Part shown: positions 1-13,409 of the stretch, one piece after another
Layout of the letters: each line of letters starts with the position of its first letter
Numbering within the stretch: position 1 is the first letter of the stretch
Origin: Narcine bancroftii
Taxonomy: Eukaryota
Assembly (NCBI RefSeq): GCF_036971445.1
Contig: NC_091477.1
Span: 3,100,001 to 3,164,000 of the forward strand
DNA length: 64,000 nucleotides
Direction of reading: 5' to 3'
Made by a program: the position numbers and the translations under genes
The notes under the pieces: generated by a model
What the model was told of the DNA's origin: nothing
The model's input: the letters and a program-made list of their open reading frames with translations, nothing else
Database searches by the model: none

Positions 1-780
1 GATCATGAAGTCAAAGATGTACACCATACTGTGAACAATTCTGGTCAACCCATTAGAGGAAGGATATGGGGGCTTTGGAAAGGGGACAGAGGAGGTTTTC
101 TGGGATGTACTCCACAGGGTGTGTGTATGGGGAGAGTTTGGACAAACCTGGGTTATTTTCACTGGAGCTTCGGAGGCCAAGGGGAGACCTGATAGAGGTT
201 TATAAAATCATGGGAGGTGTCGATAGGGTGGAGAGTCAGAATCTTTCCCCAGGGTAAAAGTGTCATAAATGACCCTCAAGTCTCATACCCAGGTCCAGGA
301 AAAGCTGCTCCCCTCCACCATCAGACTCAACAACAAACTCAATCAGGGCTCTTGTGCACTTTATTGATTTTCTTTTAGTTCTCTCTGTATTTGTCAGTTT
401 GTTTAGTTTTGTTTGTTTACAAGTTTACACTGTGTAGAGTTTTTTCCACTACCAATTAATGTTAATTCTGCTGTGCCCACAGGAAAAAGAAATCTGTAGT
501 ATGTGATGTCATGCATGTACTCTGACAATAAATCTGAAACTAGAGGATGTGTTTCAGGTGAGAGGGAGGGAGACGTGTGGGGCAAATAATTCTCAGTGGA
601 ACAAGCTGCCTGGAGCTGTGTTGGAAGCAGACACAATGTAGATTTAAGAGGATTCTAGACAGACACATGGATATGGAGGGGGATCTCTCCGGTGCAAGCA
701 GCAAACCTATTGTTTGATTTGAACATGTTTAGCACAGATCTGTGGGCTGAAGGGCCTGTTCCTGTGCTGTCCTTGTTCTA
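1..780 (+). mobile_element. Degenerate CR1-type LINE 3' fragment, interrupted by another repeat at about 260-540
   Basis: ORF 66-257 reads LERGQRRF...LGLFSLELRRPRGDLIEVYKIM, the typical CR1 ORF2 C-terminus. A CR1-like 3' tail follows. Confidence 0.7.
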
Positions 781-1449
781 AGGCAGCCATTCTCCACTTA
801 TTTTTGGCCTTGGCTGCCTTAGGACTATGCTCAAAGTTTACAGGCCCCCTTCCCCGCGAAGCAGGGATGTTTTGCCTTCTTCAGTGTTTCTCTCCTACTG
901 ACAACATTAAAAAAAACACCACTGATATTTGTTATGTGAGGTGAAAAGAAAACAAGGCTTTTGCCTAACTGTGTTGTTGGTCCCCGTCTCTTTCTCTCCC
1001 CCCCCCCCCCCCCCCACCCTGTTGAGAATAGTTTCTCTGAGGGATAATTGATTAGTTCTGGAACCTAGTGTTGAAGCTGCAGTTTAGACACAAGGGCAGA
1101 ACTGGCTCGTTCTGCCCACATGCGAGTGTTGGATCTACCCATTCATACTTATTTTATCCTAGTTGTTTCAACCACAGAAATAATCTGACTTCAATGGCTT
1201 TTCAGGATTTCTTCCAAAGCCTAAATATTTATAAGGCCCTAAGACACAGGAGCAGAAATAGGCCATTCAGCCCATCAAGTCTGACCCACCATTTAATCAG
1301 GAGCTGATCCATTTCCCTACTCAGCCCTACTGAAGTTGTACTGAAGTTGTATAGGACCCTGGTGAGATGGAATGTCGTGGGGGAGGGGTGGGGTGGGGTG
1401 GAGGAGGGGTGGGGGAGGGGGGGAGGGGTGGGGGAGGCGCACAGTCCCA

Positions 1450-1790
1450 CAGGCAGGAGACAATAGGAGGATAAGAGAAGGAGGGGAAAACAGCAAAAAG
1501 GGGAGGGAGGGTGGCTCTATGAATGGAGAGGGAAGGGAGTGGAGAGCTGGAGCCCAGTCAGAAAACAAGGTGCTGTTTCTTTGAATTGTGGGTGGCCCCA
1601 GTTTTGGCAGTGCATGAGACCATAGACAGACACAGCGGTGTTGGAATGGGGTGTAAAAAAAAATTAAGGGTTTGGCCACTGGCAGGACCTTGTGGTTGCT
1701 GTGAACAGAACAAGGAGGCTGAATGAAATGATCTCTCAGTCCATGTCTACTCTCCCCGATGTAGAGGAGGTGGTGATGTAGTGGAAGTTG
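1450..1790 (-). mobile_element. Penelope-like element remnant (GIY-YIG endonuclease region)
   Basis: Minus frame reads LLYIGESRHGLRDHF...VLPVAK, resembling the YIGET.R.L..RF.EH...PVA.HF motif of Penelope endonucleases. Confidence 0.6.
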
Positions 1791-1879
1791 CTTTCGGTAG
1801 CCTCTCTCACCTTGGCTAAGACAGCAACAACAAACCACACCACTCGCTTCAAATGACCAAGATGGAAGGGAAAAGCTCT

Positions 1880-2270
1880 GGATTTAAAAAGTAGACGGAC
1901 TTAATAGAGGTTCAGAATATAAGATTGAGGGGCACAGATAGGGTGGACAGCCAGGACCTTTACCCCCAGGGCATTAATAACCAACGCCAGAGGACGTCTG
2001 TTTAAGGTGGGAAGTTTAGGGGAGATGTCAGAGGTAAGTTTTTTTTTAACACAGTTGGGTGATGGGGGCCTGGAATGCCTTGCCAGGGGTGGTGGTGGAG
2101 GCTGGTACAATAGGGACATTTATTTAAAAAAAACCTCTTAGATAGGCACATGGATGCAAGAAAGAGGGTCACGGATGTGAGGGAGGGAAGGGTTAGATTG
2201 TTGTGGAGTAGGTTTACATGGGTCAGCAGAACATTGTGGGCTGAAGGGCCTGTAGTGTGCTGTAATGTTC
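1880..2270 (+). mobile_element. CR1-type LINE 3' fragment
   Basis: gacttaatagagg...tttaggggagatgtcagaggtaag...gggcctgtagtgtgctgtaatgttcta, shared with many copies in this window. Confidence 0.7.
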
Positions 2271-3002
2271 TAACACATTCCTCATCAGGTAAACACAGTT
2301 ATTTAGACAGTCATGTTTCCACTTGAACTAAGTATACTTTCTGTTTTGGCATCTTAACCTGGTATAAATACTCATCTGCAGGTTTGACCAGTTTCTGTGA
2401 ACACAGGTTTGCTTTTCTTGTTTGAAATGTTAGTTAATGCTAATCATGTTATCAAAAGTCGCTCTGTGACCAAACTCTCCTCCTTCCTCTCCACCGAATC
2501 CTCATGACTTCTCCTCCCATCCCCAGCTCCATGAATGACCTATTTGTTTGCGGAATGTTTGATGGGGATTAAAGACTCGTTTGTTCACTCCTGTCCAATT
2601 TCACTGAGCGTGCACAGAGCTTACAAGACGGGGAAGGTGGGTGAAGAATTCAGCTGTTCTCTTGCCCCCCCCCCCACTCCTCAACTCTAATCCCTCATCT
2701 CATCTGGCCTTAGCCTGACCCTTTGATGCAGCCCATCTAAAATGAGAATCTGAATCAAAATGTATTGCCATGAACATGTCACAAAATTTGGAATTTTGCA
2801 GCAGCGTTACGGGTGAAAACATCGCACCAAATTATTTATTTATATGTAATTTATAGCAAAAAACAAGAGAAAGTGATGTAGGGTTTGTGGTTCATTGTCC
2901 GTTCAGAAATCGGATGGAGGAGGGGGGAGAAGCTGTTTTTGTACCACTGGGTGTTTGTCTTCAGATTCCTGGACTTCCTTCCCAATGGTAGTAGTGAGAA
3001 GC

Positions 3003-3440
3003 AATGGAGAGGGGGCAGAGAAGATTCACCAGGATGTTACCTGGATTGGAAAACTACTCTTATGAGACAAGGTTTGCAGAGCTGGGATTTTTCTCTCTGG
3101 AGTGTAGAAGGATGAGAGGAGACTTGATCGAGATCGACAAGATTATGAGAGGCATAGATGGGGTGTTCGGACAGTGCCTTTTTCCCAGGGCAGGAATAGC
3201 AAATACCAGAGGATATCAGTGAAGAGAGGAACATTTAGGGAAGACATCAGTGGTAATGTTTTTACACCGATAGTTGTGGGGGCCTGGAATGCCTTGCCAA
3301 GGGTGGTGGTGGAGGCTGGAACATTGGGAGAATTTGAGACTCTTAGACAGGCCCATGCATGAAAGAAAAATAAAGGGTTACGGGGTTTTGTGTGTTTTTG
3401 GTTTGTGTATGTATTGGTTGGTACATTGAGGGCCAGCAGA
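3003..3440 (+). mobile_element. CR1-type LINE 3' fragment
   Basis: ORF MERGQRRFTRMLPGLENYSYETRFAELGFFSLECRRMRGDLIE. Confidence 0.75.
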
Positions 3441-5534
3441 CCTGTACTGAGCTGAATGTTCCAGGTTCCTGGGTGGTGGGAGTCCTTGAGGATAGAGGCA
3501 GTTTTCTTAAGATGCCTTTTGTAGACATCCTCAATTGAGTGGAAACTGATGCCCACGATGGCACTGGCTGAGTTCACAAGAGGAACCAGGTTTAAAATGG
3601 AGGAAGGGTGGGGATGATTTAAAGGGGGCCTGAGAGGTAAAGTTCACACAGAGGTGGGTGGGGGTGGGGATGGGGGGGGGGGGGGGAATCGAGCTGCTGT
3701 AGGAAGCGGAAGAGATGTGGGCAGCTGTAACATTCAAAAGACATTGAGAGAGATGTGTAGATGTGAAAGGTTCAGAGGGATTGGGCCAATGCAGATAAAT
3801 GCAACTGCTTTAGTCAATATGGGGCCAGCTTCTGAGCTGTAGAATTCTATGCCTCTCATTCTAAGTCAAAACACAAACTTTATATAAGAAAGATACATAA
3901 CCAATGTTTTAGACGAGCCCTTCAGCAAGGTACGAGCAAAATGTAGGCAGGTGCCCAAACAGGATGGGTGGAAAGAGTGGAAAGAGGTGTGTGATGGAGG
4001 GGACTTTATCGTGTGCATCCCCTCCTGTCCGTCACGCGCATCCCCTCCCATCCGTCGCGCACCCCCCCCCCCGTCCGTCGCTTCCATCTGCACCTCCCGC
4101 TGCCTTGGAAAAGCAGCCAACACATTAAATCACCCATCCCACTCTGGCCACCATCTCTTCACCTCCACTCCCACCCCTGCCCCGGTGAGGAAGAAGATTC
4201 ACGAGTGTGATATCACGCACCCCCAGATTCAGGGGGAGGTTTCTTTCCCACCGTTATTCTGACTGCATAAGGGAACTATTCCTCCAAGAACAATAGGTAT
4301 TTCAGACAGACTTCCCCTTCCCCCAGCCTTCTCTGTTCCAAAGAAAACACCAAGTCTGCCAAACCCCTCCTCAGAGTTCAGATTCCTCTGCCTTAGCAAT
4401 ATCTCTGCACCCACCCCCCACCCCCCCACCCCCTGTCCTCCCACATCCTTCCTTCTGTGTGCTGACCAGAGCTGTACATAGTGCTCCAGCTGTGGGCTTC
4501 AGTGCATTCCCAGTGTGACCTCCCTGTTCTTGTATCCTGCCAATAAAGGCCACTCTCAAATGGAACGAACGGTCTGGATGGGGAGTACACCCAAATTTAT
4601 AACTAAAATGTAATATACTCTCAACAGCAAAAGTGCAAAACCAAAGTCTGACTTGGGGGTGGTGATTTCAGAAAGAAGCTGGTCAGATTGGTGGAAGGAC
4701 AGCACAACATCAATTATAAAAAGCAACATATGGACTGGTTCCACATAATTCTTTACACCAGTTATACCTCCCCCCACAAAAGATACACAGATCAAACACC
4801 AAAATTTCAGAGATGTGTCTCAAATGTGGGGCTGAGGCAGGAACTTTTCTACGTGCCACATGATCGTGTGTGAAAGTGAGGCCATGTGTGCAAGAAATTG
4901 CAAAACCTTTAACCAGGGTAACAGGAATGTCCTTGGCGGGTGACCCAGAGCTCTATCTACTAGGAAACAAGCAACAAATTGACCAAATATCAAACCTCAT
5001 TTATAAAAATAGCACTGGTCTTCTCCCTGTTTCTGGTGCCCTGCACTGGTCCGCTGCTCCCCTGGAGTCTGCAACCCCTCATGGCTGCTGCCGAACACGG
5101 GCACCACCATCTTGAGCGCAGAACCCCCGGTCGCAGGATTTTACTTACAAACACCATCGGCTCCATTAATAGGCCATTTAAAGCCTGTATGGAGCCGACA
5201 GCATTAGGACCAGGTGATTGGACCCGGCAGAGCAGCGCTGTGTCTCCTCTCCCTGCTCTCCTGGGTCCACATTAGTGGCAGAGATGCTGTTACAGCAGCT
5301 CTGGCAGAGCCGCCATTTTACCTGGTGCTGTTGGGGTGGAGTTTGCACGTTCTCCCTGTGACTGTGTAGATTTCCCCTACTTCTCCTGTTTCCTCCCACA
5401 TCATGAAGATGTATGGGGTTAGTAGGTTAATAGGCCATTACGTTGGTCAATGTTAATGGGAATGTGCGGACATGAGGGATAATACAGGGAGAATGGGCTT
5501 GATTAAAAATACAGCTGCTGGAAATCTACATTGA

Positions 5535-6000
5535 CAACATCATACCCCCCCTCCCCTCCATCACACCCCCCCTCCCCTCCATCACACCCCCCCTCCCCTC
5601 CATCACACACCCCTCCCCTCCATCACACCCTCCTCCACTCCATCACACCCCCCTCCCTTCCATCACACCCCCCCTCCCCTCCATCACACCCCCCTCCCCT
5701 CCATCACACCCCCCTCCCCTCCATCACACCCCCCTCCCCTCCATCACACCCCCCTCCCCTCCATCACACCCTCCTCCCCTCCATCACACCCCCCTCCCTT
5801 CCATCACACCCCCCCTCCCCTCCATCACACCCCCCTCCCCTCCATCACATCCCCCCTCCCCTCCATCACACCCCCCTCCCCTCCATCACACCCCCCTCCC
5901 CTCCATCACACCCCCCTCCCCTCCATCACACCCCCTCCCCTCCATCACACCCCCCCTCCCCTCCATCACACCCCCCCTCCCCTCCATCACACCCCCCTCC
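5535..6000. repeat. C-rich minisatellite, unit about 19-20 bp (ccctcccctccatcacacc)
   Basis: More than 20 tandem copies are visible. It explains the Pro/His-rich ORF 5531-6073. Confidence 0.95.
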
Positions 6001-6554
6001 CCAGCCCGAGGTACCAGGACAGTTACCTCCCTGCTGTTATCAGACTCTTGAACAGACCATTAGTCAAAGCTGATGTGACAAACACGACCCCATTGCTGCC
6101 CTCCTGCTGTTTTTAAGAGAAAATTCTTTCCGGAACACCACAAAATGACATCTCAATGTGAGTTGTTTGGTAAAGCTGTTTCTCCACCTGCTGGTGGGGA
6201 CGTCCCCAGCAGAAAAACCTTCCTTTGGAAATGTTCAGCACCAATCACTCCAAGCCCAGTTATATCATAACTTTTATCAGTTCAATCACCTCGAGGCCCT
6301 GCGCGGTGGAAGTGGGTTCTGGACAAAACCCCCGTATGAAACACAGAAATCTGCAGATGTTCTGATTGTCTGCTGAGCTGCTCCAGTGTAACTGTGTCTT
6401 TTGGACAAGACCTGCTCTGTTCGCTAATTAACACCACGGCAGATACAAGTGAATATTTGTTATCTACCTATTTTTTGCATTTAGTGTCTCTTCTAATTCA
6501 ATTATGGATATGATTGTGGTTGCTTTTGTCTTGGTTTTACAAAGTTCAAGTGCA

Positions 6555-7170
6555 AGGATAGTGAGAAGGCCTACGGGAGGCTGGGCTTCGTTAGTCGGGG
6601 GTGATGAAGGTCATGTCACAACTCTACAAATCTCTGGTGAGACCACACTTGGAGAATTGTGTTCAGCTCTGGTCACCTCATTACAGGAAGGATGTGGAAA
6701 GCTGTGGGGAGGGGGCAGAGGAGATTTACCAGGATGCTGTCTGGATTGGGAAACATTTTATGAGACAAGGTTCGCAGAGCTGGGACTTTACTCTTTGGAG
6801 CGTAGAAGGATGAGAGGAGACTTGATAGAGGTCTACAAGATTCTGAGAGGCATAGGTGGGGTGGACAGTCAGCACCTTTCCCCAGGGCAGGATCAGCAAA
6901 CACCAGAGGACATGTACAAAGTGAAGGGAGGGAGGTTTAGGGGAGATGTCAGGGGTAAGTATTTTTTGTGGAGCATTGTGGGGGTCTGGAATACCTTGCT
7001 GGGGGTGGTGGTGGAGGTTTAAACATTGGGGGCATTTACAGACTCTTAGACACATGGATGGCTGAAAAATAGTGGGTTACAGAGTAGGGAGGGTTTAGTT
7101 CTTTTTTAAGGAATATATGGGTCACCACAATGTCAAGGGCCAAAGGGCCTGTCCTGTGCTTTGGTGTTTT
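6555..7170 (+). mobile_element. CR1-type LINE 3' fragment
   Basis: LYKSLVRPHLENCVQLWSPHYRKDVE and LGLYSLERRRMRGDLIEVYKIL motifs. Confidence 0.8.
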
Positions 7171-8149
7171 ATGTTTAACTTCAAAGTTCAACAATGTTCA
7201 AAGTTCAAATTTATTATCAGGGTACATACATGACATCGCATACAACCCTGAGATTTATTTTCCTGTGGGTTTCCTGAGTTTGTCATTGAGGAATCTGATG
7301 GTGGAGGGGGAGCAGCTGCTCCTGAACCTGGTGGGTGCGAGTCTTGTGGCACTGATGCCTCCTTCCTGATGGCAGCAGCAAGAACAGAGCATGTGCTGGG
7401 TGGTGAGGATCCTTGATGATTGCTGCTGCTCTCTGACGGCACCGTTCCGTGTACATATTCTAAATGGTGGGGAGGGTTTTGCCTGTGCTGTCCTGGACTG
7501 TGTCCACTATCTGTTTGACTGCAGCAAGTAAGAATCCTGGTGCATATGTATATTGTGCAATGTCTATGACAATATACTCCTATTCAATGAACCTTCATGC
7601 AAATTCCTGGACTCCCAGGACGGCGTGAGAGATGATTGGAAAGGTCGCAGACCCTCTGTGAACATTTGAAAGGGTTACAGTTCAGCCCCAGAGCCCTGTT
7701 CTTTGGGCACCTAGTGTGGCTGGGTTTGGGTTGGTTGACTGAGAGATTTCCTTGCCAGTCTCTCCAGGCAGGAGAGAGTTTAAATTTAAATTTAGATATA
7801 TTGCACAGTCAGTAACAGGCCCTTTCAGCCCACGAGTCCATGCTGCCCAATTACACCCAATTGACATATGTGACAGTATATAGATATGTTTTTGGGAGAT
7901 AAATTGGGCCATGTGCGGCCTAATTCGGGGGCAATAGGGCCTTGTGCGGCCTAATTCAGAAGGAAAAAAGTCTTTGAAAACCCAGTGGGGTTGAGAGCTA
8001 ATGTTTCCTCTGGGCCTACGGACCTGCATCCAGGGGTTTGGAAAGGTGACAATGGAGAAATCAAATCCATTAGTTTCTCTCTTTCAAAATTCCATGAATT
8101 TTAAATTTTTACATTTTTTAATTTAACATTTTAACTTTAACTTTAAATT

Positions 8150-8385
8150 TAGTCAGACATGCAGCCATTTCGGCCCACAAGTGCCGCCCAATTTACACCC
8201 CATTAACCTACAACCCCTTGTGCGTTTTGAACAGTGGGGAGGAAACCAGAGCCCGTGGGGAAAACCCACGCAGACACAGGAAGAACATCCACACTCCTTA
8301 CAGACAGGGCGGGATTCGAACCCCGGTCCCGATCGCTGGCACCGTAAAGGCGCTGCACTAAATGCTACGCCAACCGTACTCCCGT
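8150..8385 (-). mobile_element. tRNA-derived SINE
   Basis: Minus strand has A-box-like GGTTGGCGTAGC and B-box GGTTCGAATCCC. The body matches copies near 18790, 29260, 32965, 49355, 50520 and 52950. Confidence 0.75.
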
Positions 8386-9201
8386 AAATTGCAATGAACC
8401 CCACAGAGTAGAAAGTAGCAAAAATATCCCCGCAATTTAAGAAAATAAAAGGAAGAAAGAAACAGGAATTAGTCAAATGGAAAATGCCAGAACCTACCAA
8501 TAAGGAAGTGGTTTCACGGCTCTTAGGAACTAATACAAAGGGAGAGATTAGTAGATTCAACATCATATCAGAGTGTTTTGAGATTGTGGCCAACAGAACA
8601 GGGGTTGGACCACTGATTCACCAAAGGTTGGGTTGCAGGTGCAACAGGTCATCAAGAAGGCAAATGCTGGGGGGATTGAATTTAAGAGCAGGGAGGTTCT
8701 GCTGTAACTGTAAAGGGGACTGGTGAGGCCACTCCTGGAGAACTGTGTGCAGTTCTGGTCTCCTTGGTTGAGGGTGGATAGACTGGGTTTGGTGGCAGTG
8801 CAGAGAAGGTTCACCAGGTCAATTCTGGAGATGAGGGGGGTTAACATGAGAAGAGCTTGAGTTGCCTGGGACTTTTCTCAATGGAGTTTAGGAGGAGAGG
8901 GGATCATACAGAGGCATTAAATTATGAAACAAATATATAAGGAAGGAGCAGAGAGGTTGTTTCCACTGGCAGGTGAGACTAGATCTAAGCTAGTACAGCA
9001 CCCGTGAACAGGTTTGAACTCGGCACTGTCGCAGGCGATTTTACATTCTCCCTGTGTCTGTGTGAATTTTTCCTGGATGTTCCAGCTTCCTCCCACATTC
9101 CAAAACATATGGGTTACAGATTAATTTGTGTGTAATTTGACGACGTGGGTTTAAATGGCTGGAATTGGCTTTTACTGTGCTGTAAGTAAAATTTAAATAT
9201 C

Positions 9202-9552
9202 GTGACAGAGGTGCACCAAAGAAAAGGTACAAGGACTGCCTAAAGAAATCTCTTGGTGCCTGCCACATTGACCACCGCCAGTGGGCTGATAACGCCTCAA
9301 ACCGTGCATCTTGGCGCCTCACAGTTTGGCGGGCAGCAGCCTCCTTTGAAGAAGACCGCAGAGCCCACCTCACTGACAAAAGGCAAAGGAGGAAAAACCC
9401 AACACCCAACCCCAACCAACCAATTTTCCCTTGCAACCGCTGCAATCGTGTCTGCCTGTCCCGCATCGGACTTGTCAGCCACAAACGAGCCTGCAGCTGA
9501 CGTGGACTTTTTACCCCCTCCATAAATCTTCGTCCGCGAAGCCAAGCCAAAG
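9202..9552 (+). mobile_element. 5'-truncated RTE-clade LINE with perfect 18-bp TSD
   Basis: Encodes RGAPKKRYKDCLKKSL...CNRCNRVCLSRIGLVSHKRAC. TSD aagtaaaatttaaatatc at 9184-9201 and 9553-9570. Nearly identical to 52590-52940. Confidence 0.85.
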
Positions 9553-10769
9553 AAGTAAAATTTAAATATCCTCCAGATTCGGGGGAGCAGGTCGCAGATG
9601 AGAAGGAACTGCTTCTCCCAGAGTGGTGAATCTGTGAAATTCACTGCCCAAGGAAGCCGTGCAGGCTGCCTCACTGAATAGATTTAAGATGCAGAGAAGA
9701 GGCTTCAAACTCTGGATTGTGGAGCAACGTACACTCTGCTGGGGTAACACAGCCGGTCGAGCAGCATCCGTGGGAGCAAAGGAATGGTTGACGTTTCAGA
9801 CCAGATCCTTTCATCAGGGTGGAGAGGATATACAGGTTACCCACTCCAAGCCCAGTACCCTCCCTATCTCCAGACCATCTCCAACTCCTTAACTCCCTTC
9901 AATCCCCACTCATTCCCATCCCATGGTTCTTATTGCCCCCATCGCTGCTTGCAGCTTGTACCTGGTAACAGGCCCTTTCAGTCCTCCAGCCCGTGCCACC
10001 CAATTAACCTACAACTCCTGGTACATTTTGAACGGTGGGAGGAAACCAAAGCCCCCAGGGGAAACCCACTCAGACACAGGAAGAATGTGCCAACTCCTTA
10101 CAGACAGGGTGGGATTCAAACCCCGGACCCGATAGGTGGCGCTGTAACAGCATTGAGCTCAACGCACGAACCCTGCATCCCTTAAATGTTCCTGAAATAT
10201 CATGTGTGGATTGACTGTACTCAACGTGGTGATAAGAGGGAAGTGGGCGAGCTCGGGAGAGGAAGCGGCCATATCCTGGATCATGTCAACGGTAAAGAGG
10301 AAGAGGAGGTTGTGAGATGCTGGGGCCCTGGCAGAGATGGTTGTACCTTTGTTGGCCACATGAGGTACAGGAAGACTGGCTAATAGAACATGGTACATAA
10401 AGTGATACAGACCTGCCTGTGTTTGGCCTAAATCCCTCTCAACCCATCCTATCCTATCCTCTCCAGGCGGCCTGTTCCAGACGCCCACCACTCTCAGTGT
10501 AAAAAGGGTGCCTTATTCAGAGTTATAGGGAAATGTTAAACAGATTAGGACTTTGTTCCCTGGAGCTTTGGAGATTTGATAGAGGTAGACAAAATTATCA
10601 GGGGTATAGATGGGGTAAATGCAAGCAGGCTTTTCCCACTGAGGTTGGGTGAAACAAGGACTAGAGCACATGGGTTCAGGGTGAGAAGGGGGAACATTAG
10701 AGGGAACTTCATGCAGAGGGTGGTGGGGGTGTGGAACGAGCTGCCAGCTGAGGTGAAGCCAGCCCTGGC

Positions 10770-11190
10770 CAGCTGTTTCACCGTGTGGATACGGTTACTG
10801 CAGAGAAATAGATCGGAGGTTAATCTACAGGACCAGAAGAAAGTCAGAGAGGATCACTGGAGTCTCCCTGCCCCCCATCAACATGATCTACTGGGATCAT
10901 TGTCTGAAGAGGGAGTGCAAAATCATCGAGGACCCCTTCCACCCCGCACACAGCATCTTTCAGCTGCTCCCGTCGGGGAAGAGATAACAGGAGGATCAGA
11001 GCCAGCACCGCCAGGCGGAGGAACAGCTTCTTCCCACGGGCAGTGAGAACGCTGAACGACCAAAGGAACTGCTCAAACTAACCCTCCCAGACTTTCATAT
11101 GTGCAAAACAATATTTCTTTATGTATTGGTAGAGATGAAATATTTGTCCTGCATGTGTATTGTGTGTCGGTATGTGTGTTCTGTCTGGTT
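10770..11190 (+). mobile_element. Rex1/Babar-type LINE 3' fragment
   Basis: KIIEDPFHP.HSIFQLLPSG.R..RIRAST.R.RNSFFP motif, same family as 29630-32215, 51860-52320 and 56270-56680. Confidence 0.7.
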
Positions 11191-11628
11191 GATGCGCAGA
11201 CGTTGGGTCTGTTCAACCGACCTAAAAATGTTTTGCCGCTGATTTGCGTTTGTACTCAGCATCTGATGCCTCTCATGTCAGTGTCGAACAATAGTCGGCC
11301 GGCAGTGATGGATTCCAGTTGGCTGATACGGCTTTTCCATGGTCACAATGTCCTGGTGAAACATTTCACCGTGTCCGACACTGAGTGCACTAGGATCAGT
11401 AGGGAAGACGTCCAAGAGAGAATCCAGAAAATGAAATTTCAATGACATGTTGCACTTCATGGTTTTATATGTTTAAAGCAGGTTAAAAATATGACAGGAA
11501 ATCACAAAAACAGGTTACATCTAAAAAATGGTCAGTGAAATGTTACAGTGATTCTTGCGATCAGCAACCCAAAATCTGCAAAAATCCACCCAAAAGAGTC
11601 TGGGAGTCAAAATCATAATCGTCCAGTG
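11190..11628 (-). mobile_element. Internally deleted DNA transposon remnant, probably Chapaev/CMC-type
   Basis: Minus frame SLKFHFLDSLLDVFP...HGEMFHQDIVTMEKPYQ, then after a frameshift ADYCSTL...YKRKSAAKHF. The end at 11628 reads CACTGG on the minus strand. Family name is from recall. Confidence 0.55.
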
Positions 11629-12119
11629 AAATCGGAGGACCCAGGGAAAACCCATCTTTCCAAGGGGTGAGGGGTGTGGGGGGGAGTGGGTGAAATGAGT
11701 GTGGCTGGGGTGGGCTACTTTTAAGTGTAGTGGATGGGGGTGGGGGTGTGCTGTGCGTGAGCACCAGATTAGTGTTCACGCCCCTCTGTGGGTTTTTTGT
11801 GGTCTTGGGCGGAGCGGTTCCCCTGCTGGCGAGGTGGGCCAAAAGGCTGCCCTGTGCAGCTCAGTGTTCTGTACCCTCAGCCTCTCAGATCCAGCTCATG
11901 TCTGATTCCACGGTGCATGGAAACAGGAGCCACAGTGAGAAAAGAACATGAATTCATCACTTCCCATATTGAAAGGGGAATGAATAATGACGAGGGGCTC
12001 ACTTTGTTCCTGTCAGAGAGGAAGCATCTGCTTCTATTGTTGCATTTCAGACCCAGAAATTAATATGTTTACATCAGTCCTGCCCCAGGTTCCTCATCAG
12101 AGGTGTCAGATAGCTCATA

Positions 12120-12725
12120 CTAGGAATGAGGGCATTGTGTACAGGAGCTGGGGCATCATGTTACCACTGCACAGGGCGTTGGCAAGGCAGCACTGTGTGC
12201 AGATCTGGTCAGCCAGCATGAGGAAGGATGTGGAGGGTATGGAGAGAGGGCAGAGGAGATTCACCAGGATGCTGCCTGGATTGGAAAATAAATCTGATGA
12301 AGCATTGTTAGCAGAGCTGGGACTTTTCACTTTGGAGCGTAGAAGGATAAGAGGTAACTTGATAAAGGTCAACAAGATTATGAAAGGCATGGACTGGGTG
12401 GACAACCAGCGCCTGTTTCCCAGGGGCAGGATCAGCAAACACCAGAGGAGGTGTGCACAAAGTGAAAGGAGGGAAGTTTAGGGGAGACGTCAGGGGTAAG
12501 TATTTTTTACACAGAGAGTTGTGGGTGCCTAGAATGCCTTGCCTGGGATGATGGTGGAGGCTGGAACATTTGGGGCATTTAAGAGGTTCTTAGACAGGCA
12601 CACGGATGGAAGCAAAATAGAGGATTATGGGACAGGGAGGGTTTAGTTTTTTTTCAAGGAATATATGGGTCGGCACAACATTGAGGGCCAAAGGGCCTCC
12701 ACTGTGATGTAGTGTTCTATGTTCT
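12120..12725 (+). mobile_element. CR1-type LINE 3' fragment
   Basis: RKDVEGMERGQRRFTRMLPGLENK...RRRIRGNLIKVNKIMKG. Confidence 0.8.
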
Positions 12726-13409
12726 AAGGATGTTGTGAAGCTGGAGAAGGAGCAGTTGATTTTACCAGGACTGGAAGACTTAAGTGATACAGAGAGGCTT
12801 AGATACAGACACTAAAGTTAGTCAGTCCTAGTGCAGGATTAGTGCAGGTGGGCAGAAGGGTTGGTGTGGACTCAGGAGTAGGGTTGTCCTGGAGATTAAT
12901 TCTGGATGAAGTTGAGGCAATCACAGGATTAGATTAAAACAGAACATTCCAGCATGGTCCAGGCCCTTCAGCCCCTGATGTTGTGCCAGCCCATGTAAAT
13001 CTACTCCACAACAATCTAAATCTTCCCTCCCTCACCCCCATAGCCCTCTACTGTGACTGTCCAAGAGTCTTTTACATGTCCCTATTGTGCCAGTCTCCAG
13101 CAACACCTCTGGCAACGCATTCCAGGCACCCACCATTTTTTTTAAATAAAAGAACCTTGCACCTGGCGTCTCTCCTTTTCTGTCCAAAATCTCTATTTGC
13201 ATGCCTGATCCTCATTCAGCCGCAAACCTATTGATGTCGCTGGACATGGAACGGTAGTTGCCACTCCTACAGACAGATCTCAGAGCCCAAATCCCCACTC
13301 AACCTTTCTGGAACGGTCTCAGCTCAGTTAGTTAGTAGCTTCGCTCGTGTGTTACATGGACTCTGGTGATCTCAGACTTGGCACAGCATGTACAAAAGTG
13401 AGTACAGAA

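Noticed and set aside
6117-13330. Possible plus-strand micro-exons (about 6118-6157 and 13220-13330) of a TCOF1-like neighbour
   Set aside because: No recognisable homology and no consistent reading frame could be assembled.
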